A stretch of 64,000 nucleotides of DNA. It comes from Microcoleus sp. (GTDB lineage Bacteria > Cyanobacteriota > Cyanobacteriia > Cyanobacteriales > Microcoleaceae). The position numbers and the translations under genes are program-made. Location of the stretch: contig JAYFMW010000010.1 of assembly GCA_042408215.1 (NCBI GenBank), positions 64,001 to 128,000 on the forward strand, in the 5' to 3' direction. The notes below the pieces were generated by a model. It ran no database searches. It worked only from the letters and a program-made list of their open reading frames with translations, and had not been told where the DNA came from. Shown here in pieces: positions 36,704-45,300 of this stretch; positions within the stretch are counted from its first letter, which is position 1, and the number at the start of each line of letters is the position of its first letter.

Positions 36704-38290
36704 CTACACAACCACTTCGACTTTCACCTCATCTTCGAGCGCGATTTTCTCCTGCAAAAACAGTGCGACTTGCTCCTCAATTTCTCGCCTCACAATATCG
36801 CGATACTCCACAAAGTGCTCGATTTGCGCGCATACCGCCAGATAACTACTCACCCCACCTAAATTGTATCGGCACATATTCCAGAGATTGCGCCAAAACT
36901 GCCAACGAGTTTTGCGGATGAAACCCTGCCGCCAACAGATAGTCAAAAAGGCACGAATCACGATCCAATCGATCGGTTTATTTGCCCTTTTCCCTTTATT
37001 TGGATAAGTCGCTTCGCCCAGAATACGGTAGTGTCGATAAGCGCGATCGAGAAATTTTTCTGGATCGTACAATTCGTCGAATGCCTCGACAAATTCGCGG
37101 GCAATTTCTTCTAGCGGGCGAGTCGGGACAAAATTCATCAACGTAGTTTGGTTGATATTAGCAGATTTACTGCGAAGCCGCCCTTCCTTTGCCAGTCGAT
37201 GCCAGAGTGCTGTATCCGGCAAGGCTTGCAGCATACTAAACAGTGCAGTCGGAATTGAAGTTTGCTCGACAAACTTGACAATTCTCGCCCCAGCACCTGT
37301 TTTCTCGCCATCAAAGCCGATGATGAAACCAGCCATTACTCGCAAGCCCGATCGGGTAATTGCTAGTACGGCATCGCCGAGAGAATCTCGCGTGTTTTGA
37401 TGTTTTTGAGTCAGCTTTAAACTCTCTTCATCTGGTGTTTCAATTCCCAGAAATACAGCACCAAAATTGCATTGCACCATCATATCCATTAATTCTTGAT
37501 CCTGTGCTATATCGACAGATGCTTCCGTCGCAAAGGAGAAAGGATATTGATGCTCTACCATCCAGGGTAGGAGCTCTTTTAGAAACAGTTTGACATTGCG
37601 TTTATTCCCGATAAAATTATCATCAACCATGAAAATGCTGCGCCGCCAGCCTAACTCATAAAGGCGGTTGAGTTCATTGAGCAATTGTTCTGGTGCTTTG
37701 GTGCGCGGTTTGCGGCCGTAGAGGACAATGATGTCACAGAATTCGCACTGGAAAGGACATCCCCGCGAAAATTGTACCGACATTTCGGCATAAGCATCAA
37801 ATTGCAGCAAATCAAATCGAGGAATCGGGGTGGTGGTAACATCTGGCCTTTCGCCGTTGGCGCGGAATATGCCAGATTGTTCACCTCGGGCGATCGCATC
37901 CACAAACATTGGTAAAGTAATTTCACCCTCATCTAGAATCAAATAATCTGTGCCAACATCTGTCACTTCGTTGGGTAAAGCGGTAGGATAGGGGCCGCCC
38001 ACAGCAACTCGTTTACCCCGCCGTTTTGCTTCCTGAATCTGAGCTAATAAATCTTCCTTTTGGACGATCATCGCAGACAGAATCACCAATTCTGCCCAAT
38101 CCCAGTCAGCTTCTGTCACTGAACTTACATTGCGATCGACTAACTTGAATTCCCATGCTTGGGGTAAAATAGCGGCTACTGTTACCAATCCTAGCGGGGG
38201 TAGCATGGCTTTGCGATCGAGTAATGCTAGGGTTTTCTCAAACGACCAAAAGCTTTTGGGAAAGAGAGGATAGAGGAGTAAAACATTCAT
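36704..38290 (-). CDS. B12-binding radical SAM protein (DUF4070 C-terminus)
   Basis: PPLGL, VAVGGPY, SRGCPFQCEFC, VDDNF, GFIIGFD. Confidence 0.9.
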   Translation of the reverse strand: MNVLLLYPLFPKSFWSFEKTLALLDRKAMLPPLGLVTVAAILPQAWEFKLVDRNVSSVTEADWDWAELVILSAMIVQKEDLLAQIQEAKRRGKRVAVGGPYPTALPNEVTDVGTDYLILDEGEITLPMFVDAIARGEQSGIFRANGERPDVTTTPIPRFDLLQFDAYAEMSVQFSRGCPFQCEFCDIIVLYGRKPRTKAPEQLLNELNRLYELGWRRSIFMVDDNFIGNKRNVKLFLKELLPWMVEHQYPFSFATEASVDIAQDQELMDMMVQCNFGAVFLGIETPDEESLKLTQKHQNTRDSLGDAVLAITRSGLRVMAGFIIGFDGEKTGAGARIVKFVEQTSIPTALFSMLQALPDTALWHRLAKEGRLRSKSANINQTTLMNFVPTRPLEEIAREFVEAFDELYDPEKFLDRAYRHYRILGEATYPNKGKRANKPIDWIVIRAFLTICWRQGFIRKTRWQFWRNLWNMCRYNLGGVSSYLAVCAQIEHFVEYRDIVRREIEEQVALFLQEKIALEDEVKVEVVV

Positions 38291-38690
38291 CAGAAAAATG
38301 GGTTGAAACCCCGTCCTTTTAGGACGGCTTTACGATTTCACTACCGCCTTGGGGCTGTTTAATTTGGTGTACTTTTGTAATGTACTTTTGGTGGGACAGT
38401 TACCACCTCAAATTTCGCAGCCCTGTACGCATAGTGATTTGCTACCGAAGTAGCCTCCCTTTCGGGGTAAGGTTAGCTTGTCGGTCAATGTTATAAGAGC
38501 TTGTGCCGGCCGAAAGCACTGTTCCAGTGACCTTAGAACTGTTTAACCTTCAGCGACAGAGCGGGGAACTAGCTTCGCATTCCGGGGTGTCGTGACTCAA
38601 ATAACGTAGACCTCTAAAGTCTTAGGCTGGTCAGAATGGCTTGTTTGATTACTCTTACAAGCCCCGTCTCTTAAGAGCGGGGTTCCTGAC
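38291..38690 (-). mobile_element. Second 400-bp non-autonomous omega-RNA (HEARO) element
   Basis: Reverse complement begins GTCAGGAACCCCGCTCTTAAGAGACGGGGCTTG and ends AACCCATTTTTCTG|ATGA; colinear with 24677-25076. Confidence 0.85.
38440..38690 (-). ncRNA. HEARO / omega-RNA scaffold, copy 2
   Basis: Same motifs as copy 1, with compensatory substitutions in the stems. Confidence 0.8.
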
Positions 38691-39068
38691 AACAGAAACT
38701 CAAAGATAGGACATCCCCTCGTGAGGTAAAATATTAGGATTTAAGATTATCCTAAAACATTGATATTTTAACACTTTTAGGACTTACGATGGGGAGCCAG
38801 AAACCGGGGTTTTTTTACGAAAATATTTCCTTCGATCCCGCAGATTCGGTAAAAAACCCGGTTTCTTTGGTGGGAGTGCGTCCAAGACTGACTTTAATGG
38901 AGCCGATGTCGATCGCTCTTTAGGCAGGAATTACGCAAGTTTTTAAGTTTTACACTGTCTGTAGTAGTAAGGGCTTGTGGGCGGCACCCTACCTATGGAG
39001 GTTCTGCGTCCAAGACTGTTTCAGAGATGCTTCGCTGCGCTCATAATGACAAAACTATAATGACAAAA

Positions 39069-39761
39069 TTATATTGAAAAGATTGTTTTCCAAGCAATAA
39101 TTGAGAGGGCAAAATCGGCGATCGCGTGACTGATGTAACTCGGCAAAAGCGAACGATAGGTGAGATAACACCAGGACCAAATTACCCCGGCTAGGAATAC
39201 AGCTAAGGAGCCTAAAATCACCCCGCGCCAGTCGGTATAAGCTGCTAAAACAATGATATGATGGAGCGTAAACAACAGCGCGCTCAGAAATATCGCTCCG
39301 GTTCCAGGTATGAGAATCTCGCACTTTCTGTAGACAAACCAGCGCCAAATATATTCTTCAATAAACGAGTTGATTAGTACAAAATATGCTTGGACTATCC
39401 AGAAAATAGTGGGATTGCTCAGCCCCATTTGTTGCACCTTTGATTTGGCATCAATCCCATCGATCCAGTGCTCACCGAAAAGCCAGTATGTACCCAGAAT
39501 AATGCCGAACATTAACAGTCCCAAAACCGTGCCTGCTAACAATTCTTGATGCTTCGGTTGGGATAAATGCAGTTGGTAGCGATCTCCCCAAACAGACCAC
39601 GCGATGGATAGCCCTAGCAACCAAACCCCGCACAATACTGATACTATTGTTCCCACAATTCCGGGAGCAATAAATAAGGACATTGCTACACCAATGCTAG
39701 CAGCAGGTACTAACAGAATTAGCGCTAATTGTGCATTTTGGCGATCGCTATCTTCGAGCAT
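39069..39761 (-). CDS. CPBP (CAAX/Abi) intramembrane metalloprotease
   Basis: EEYIWR, FTLHH, SHAIAD motifs; multiple TM helices. Confidence 0.88.
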   Translation of the reverse strand: MLEDSDRQNAQLALILLVPAASIGVAMSLFIAPGIVGTIVSVLCGVWLLGLSIAWSVWGDRYQLHLSQPKHQELLAGTVLGLLMFGIILGTYWLFGEHWIDGIDAKSKVQQMGLSNPTIFWIVQAYFVLINSFIEEYIWRWFVYRKCEILIPGTGAIFLSALLFTLHHIIVLAAYTDWRGVILGSLAVFLAGVIWSWCYLTYRSLLPSYISHAIADFALSIIAWKTIFSI

Positions 39762-39935
39762 TATAAATCCTCATGGCTAGGGTGTGTTTTTAAACCCGGA
39801 GATCCCCCCTAGCCCCCCTTAAAAAGGGGGGAACCGGAGCATTCAAAGTCAACCCCTACTCACACCCTACTCCCTTCTTAAGGGGGATGCGAGGGGGATC
39901 GAAACTCGGGGATCTAACAGAAAAGCGTTTTACCT

Positions 39936-40844
39936 TTAATTAGGTTGACTTTGCAATACCCCACCTGCGATCGCAGTCCAAATCGCCACACCAAATGCCA
40001 GCCTATACCACACAAAAATCCACGTATTCTGAGTTTGCAGAAACTTCAGCAGCCACGCGATGGAAGCATAGGAAAATATAAACGCTGAAATTGTTCCCAC
40101 TATCAAAGCTACAACAGCACCTTCGCCTAATCCTTCTCCCAAAGCACCCTTCAATTCCACTAAACCAGCCAGAGTAATTGCCGGAATTCCTAACAAGAAA
40201 GAAAACCGCGCCGCCGCTGCTCTTTCCAATCCCATGAACAATCCTGCTGTTAGCGTAGAACCCGATCGCGAAACACCGGGAATTATTGCCATTGCTTGAG
40301 CTAATCCCATTATAATACCATCTTTGACATCTAATTTTTCGTACTCCCGTTTATGCTTGCCAGTTTTTTCCGCTATTGCTAACAGCAACGACATGACGAT
40401 GGAAGCAGTGGCGATCGCCCCCAAACTCCGCAGCGGCGAGTTGTCAAAGTCTTTAACCAATATCTTGATTAACAGTCCAAAAAAGATAATCGGTATTGTC
40501 CCCAAACCAATCCCCAGGGCCATCCGAAACTCTTGGGAATCGTAGTCTTTGCTGGTAATAGCTTTAAATGCACCAATAGTTATAGTTGTCAAGTCTTTCC
40601 AAAAATATAACAGCACTGCCACAATGCTGCCCAATTGAATTACAGCAACATAAGCAACGCCGGGATCGTGGCCCCATAGGGCGATCGGCACGACTTTCAA
40701 ATGAGCGCTGCTGCTGATGGGCAAAAATTCTGTTAATCCTTGGACAATGCCTAAAACAATCGCCTCAAACACATTAATTTGAGCAGGCCCAGAAACATCA
40801 GCAGCGGGCGTTTGGGCGAGGAGTACATCAAGCAAAGCAATCAT
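39936..40844 (-). CDS. uppP: Undecaprenyl-diphosphate phosphatase
   Basis: QGLTEFLPISSSAHL, PGVSRSGST, ARFSFLL. Confidence 0.93.
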   Translation of the reverse strand: MIALLDVLLAQTPAADVSGPAQINVFEAIVLGIVQGLTEFLPISSSAHLKVVPIALWGHDPGVAYVAVIQLGSIVAVLLYFWKDLTTITIGAFKAITSKDYDSQEFRMALGIGLGTIPIIFFGLLIKILVKDFDNSPLRSLGAIATASIVMSLLLAIAEKTGKHKREYEKLDVKDGIIMGLAQAMAIIPGVSRSGSTLTAGLFMGLERAAAARFSFLLGIPAITLAGLVELKGALGEGLGEGAVVALIVGTISAFIFSYASIAWLLKFLQTQNTWIFVWYRLAFGVAIWTAIAGGVLQSQPN

Positions 40845-40965
40845 TTTTTGTCAGTTCCTAGTTGTCAGTTTCTAGCAGTCAGTTTCTAGCAGTCAGTCAC
40901 CAGTTATCAGTTGATATCAAATCCGGTGGATTGTACAGGATATCTGTAGGGACACTCCAAGAGTC

Positions 40966-41157
40966 CATTGGTGTCAACTTAACGTTAAACCCAGTCACAG
41001 ATTGCTGTTTGACCATTAAATCTAGATCCCCCCTAGCCCCCCTTAAGAAGGGGGGGACAGGAGTATTCTTAAAGTCCCCCTTCTTAAGGGGGATTTAGGG
41101 GGATCTGGACTCAGGTAAAAACGAGAGATACCAAGGCTTTCAGGCGATTGTTGACAC
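40966..41157. mobile_element. MITE with CATTGGTGTCAACTTAA termini (IS4-like), inside a GTAGGGACACTC..GAGTGTCCCTAC REP
   Basis: Homologous to 41980, 54627 and 57738; right end degenerate. Confidence 0.7.
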
Positions 41158-41337
41158 TCCTTATGCACCCTTGAGTGTCCCTACCATAGTGCTTACTGTC
41201 GATCGCAACTAAAAGCAGATTAAAATAGTTTGTCAAAAACCAATTTAACCTACTCACCAGCATTTGCCGACATTGCTGATAAACTTAATCATGTTTTGCA
41301 CGCTTTTTCGCCACTTTACAGCAACCGCCAATAACCT

Positions 41338-41949
41338 ATGATATTTTCCGATACCCAAAATTTAATTGCTACTGCTGCTTCTGGCCAACGCTTGCTGCGG
41401 CGAATCTTGTCTGCTAGTCTTTTAACTGTGACGATCGCACTTAGCTTCATCCTGCTAATCGGCACACCACCAGCCTTCGCAAGTCTCACGGACGATCGCT
41501 TCGACGGTACAATTTATGCTCTCTACGCCGGCAACGGTTCCCTAGTCCCTCCCAAAGTCAAACTCACAGATTCTTTTCAACGCAAAAAACCTGCATTGCT
41601 AGTGTTTTATACAGACGATAGCAGCGACTGCAAGCAATTCGCGATCGTCGTCTCTCAACTTCAGGAATTTTACGGCCGCGAAGCCGATTTTATGCCTGTA
41701 TCCATCGATTCCCTGCCTCCCCAACCCTCACCAGAAATTACCGATCCGAGTCATTACTACAAAGGTTTTGTACCTCAAACTGTGATTCTTGACCAATCAG
41801 GAAAAGTAGTTTTTGATGCTAAAGGACAAGTGGCTTTTGAACAGGTAGATGATGCCTTTCGGAAAGTATTTGACTTGCTACCTAGAGAAAAATCTCTCCC
41901 GCTAAAACGCCGTGTTGTGAACGAACTTAATATCGAATTATCGAAGTAA
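41338..41949 (+). CDS. Thioredoxin-fold thylakoid protein (photosystem I accumulation factor-like)
   Basis: DDRFDG.IYALYAGNGSLVPP, FY.DDSSDCKQF, VPQTV.LD. Confidence 0.75.
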   Translation: MIFSDTQNLIATAASGQRLLRRILSASLLTVTIALSFILLIGTPPAFASLTDDRFDGTIYALYAGNGSLVPPKVKLTDSFQRKKPALLVFYTDDSSDCKQFAIVVSQLQEFYGREADFMPVSIDSLPPQPSPEITDPSHYYKGFVPQTVILDQSGKVVFDAKGQVAFEQVDDAFRKVFDLLPREKSLPLKRRVVNELNIELSK

Positions 41950-41979
41950 ACTGTTGCAATAAGAGGACAGGACACGGCC

Positions 41980-42198
41980 CATTGGTGTCAACAACCAGCT
42001 CAAACCCAGCCACAGATTGCTGTTTGACTATTAAACTTAGATCCCCCCTAGCCCCCCTTCTTAAGGGGAGTAGGGGGTGGGACAAGAACTTACTCAAAGT
42101 CACCCCCTACTCCCTTCTTAAGGGGGATTTAGGGGGATCTCGCAGTCGCCTATAATCCAGATTTTCTTAAGGGTTTTAGTCTTAAGTTGACACCAATA
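41980..42198. mobile_element. MITE, CATTGGTGTCAAC family
   Basis: Termini CATTGGTGTCAAC / GTTGACACCAAT with an internal CCCCCTTCTTAAGGGGG palindrome. Confidence 0.75.
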
Positions 42199-42322
42199 AT
42201 CTTTGATTTTGACGAGGGAAGCGCGCAACGCGATACTTTGGGGAGGCATTTTCCGAGGTTGGGCGATCGAGGTTTGGGGAAAAATGAGATAGCTACAGCT
42301 AGCGGTGATTCGGGGGGGTAAA

Positions 42323-45300
42323 GTTTCAATCCCTGATAGGGTTTTAGGTGTTTTCCGGCATCAGCATCATAAACCCTCGAAATTCCATTCCGATCTAAAG
42401 TTTCAATCCCTGATAGGGTTTTAGGTGTTTTCCGGCGTAACCATAAATCCCATCGGTGCGAGTGCGACACCAGTTTCAATCCCTGATAGGGTTTTAGGTG
42501 TTTTCCGGCGCGAGGCTGTGACCCATTTGCTTCGCAGCCAGCGAGTTTCAATCCCTGATAGGGTTTTAGGTGTTTTCCGGCACGAAATTCCTTGTAGTAG
42601 TGGCTCTACATCCGGTTTCAATCCCTGATAGGGTTTTAGGTGTTTTCCGGCCAGTCCACCAGTTGGAATCCTTGCTGCACCTTGTTTCAATCCCTGATAG
42701 GGTTTTAGGTGTTTTCCGGCCGAGAAAGCGATCGCCCACCGTGAGCAATCGCGGAGTTTCAATCCCTGATAGGGTTTTAGGTGTTTTCCGGCTCGCCATC
42801 CTGAATTAGTTCCAATTGATGCAATTGTTTCAATCCCTGATAGGGTTTTAGGTGTTTTCCGGCCTGCGATCGCGTCGTACACTGTTCCCCATAAGTGGTT
42901 TATAGGAAAACCCCGGCGCTTAGTTAGCCTATCCCCTGCGATCGCGTCGTACACTGTTCCCCATAAGTGGTTTCAATCCCTGATAGGGTTTTAGGTGTTT
43001 TCCGGCACCAGAGCCGCAAAACGCGCGGGAAGAAGAAGCAGTTTCAATCCCTGATAGGGTTTTAGGTGTTTTCCGGCTGGATGAGCTTAGTTGCGCATCG
43101 CCAGATCGGTTTCAATCCCTGATAGGGTTTTAGGTGTTTTCCGGCGACGCTTCCTTCGTAGCCTGTTGCTGTATATTGGTTTCAATCCCTGATAGGGTTT
43201 TAGGTGTTTTCCGGCCAGCAACGGTAAAATCGCTAACAATTTATGAAGTTTCAATCCCTGATAGGGTTTTAGGTGTTTTCCGGCTTGGAATACGTGCCAC
43301 AGGAAGTGGGACCTTGCGCGTTTCAATCCCTGATAGGGTTTTAGGTGTTTTCCGGCCCAGAAAGTGATCGTTACTTGAGGCATTTGCTGCGTTTCAATCC
43401 CTGATAGGGTTTTAGGTGTTTTCCGGCACCATGCTTTCACATTCTGCTCAAATAATCATGTTTCAATCCCTGATAGGGTTTTAGGTGTTTTCCGGCACAC
43501 CCAACAAACACCGGCAAACCGAGGCGGGCGACGTTTCAATCCCTGATAGGGTTTTAGGTGTTTTCCGGCGGCACCGGCAACGACTTACACAACCTCGAAT
43601 AATGCAGCGTTTCAATCCCTGATAGGGTTTTAGGTGTTTTCCGGCGCGTGGAGTTGCAGCGGGACATAAAAGCCTCGAAGTTTCAATCCCTGATAGGGTT
43701 TTAGGTGTTTTCCGGCGTCAATCAGAACTTTGCCGAATAAGCTACTGCATATCGTTTCAATCCCTGATAGGGTTTTAGGTGTTTTCCGGCTACGTTGCCG
43801 CTGAGTTCGGCAAGTCGTCTTGTGTTTCAATCCCTGATAGGGTTTTAGGTGTTTTCCGGCTTGTCGTGGCTGATGCGCGCGTGGTAGAATCGATGGTTTC
43901 AATCCCTGATAGGGTTTTAGGTGTTTTCCGGCAAATCTGTAGCTTCTTCTCAAGGATGGGCTTTAGTTTCAATCCCTGATAGGGTTTTAGGTGTTTTCCG
44001 GCGCAGCGGGACATAAAAGCCTCAAAAACGCGACCGCGGGTTTCAATCCCTGATAGGGTTTTAGGTGTTTTCCGGCGGTCAGCATCTCTGTTTGGCGATC
44101 GAGATATGAGTTTCAATCCCTGATAGGGTTTTAGGTGTTTTCCGGCACATCAGACCTGAGAATATCCTGGAATAGTTTGGGTTTCAATCCCTGATAGGGT
44201 TTTAGGTGTTTTCCGGCAAGTGTTGTAACCTTCCTCAAGTTTTTTAGCTGTTTCAATCCCTGATAGGGTTTTAGGTGTTTTCCGGCACGATTGCAGTAAA
44301 TAACATTATGTCTGAATATGTTTCAATCCCTGATAGGGTTTTAGGTGTTTTCCGGCGATTCGTGCAGACTTATCGCGTCACCATTACGTTTCAATCCCTG
44401 ATAGGGTTTTAGGTGTTTTCCGGCCTGGTGAAAGCCTTAAGAGATGAGCTTTTGGTGGGTTTCAATCCCTGATAGGGTTTTAGGTGTTTTCCGGCGTGAT
44501 TCTGATAATTCAGATCAGTCAGCGGCCGCTGAACTGGATGCGTTTCAATCCCTGATAGGGTTTTAGGTGTTTTCCGGCGCTCTTAATGAATATCAGAAAG
44601 CTATTAAAGATTAGTTTCAATCCCTGATAGGGTTTTAGGTGTTTTCCGGCGCGTAGAGAGCTTTGGGTGCAGCCAAGTACCTCCGTTTCAATCCCTGATA
44701 GGGTTTTAGGTGTTTTCCGGCTGAATAGGGATAACGGTGATTTGGTTGTTGAAGTTTCAATCCCTGATAGGGTTTTAGGTGTTTTCCGGCACCGCATAGA
44801 CTCGTCGCCCCGCAAGGCTTTTAGACGTTTCAATCCCTGATAGGGTTTTAGGTGTTTTCCGGCCGGTAAATCCGGTCACAGCATTACCCGCAGTTTGTTT
44901 CAATCCCTGATAGGGTTTTAGGTGTTTTCCGGCGATTGGAGCTCAGAAAATCTAGCCTCTTTCAGATTTAGTTTCAATCCCTGATAGGGTTTTAGGTGTT
45001 TTCCGGCCCAAGCAGTACGATCGCCTAGAAATCCTCACCGGTTTCAATCCCTGATAGGGTTTTAGGTGTTTTCCGGCGATCGCCTCTGGAGTAGGTGTTA
45101 TCCCAGGGACACTAGTTTCAATCCCTGATAGGGTTTTAGGTGTTTTCCGGCCTGACCAAGTGGTCGGTAAAAAAGATCGCCAGAGAGTTTCAATCCCTGA
45201 TAGGGTTTTAGGTGTTTTCCGGCCGCGAACGATGGCGCTCAGGGCTACAATTCGGGCAAAGTTTCAATCCCTGATAGGGTTTTAGGTGTTTTCCGGCCTG

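Noticed and set aside
42225..42258. Degenerate terminal CRISPR repeat (GATA..AGG..TTTTCCG)
   Set aside because: Weak similarity, and ~65 bp from the first true repeat, too long for a spacer.
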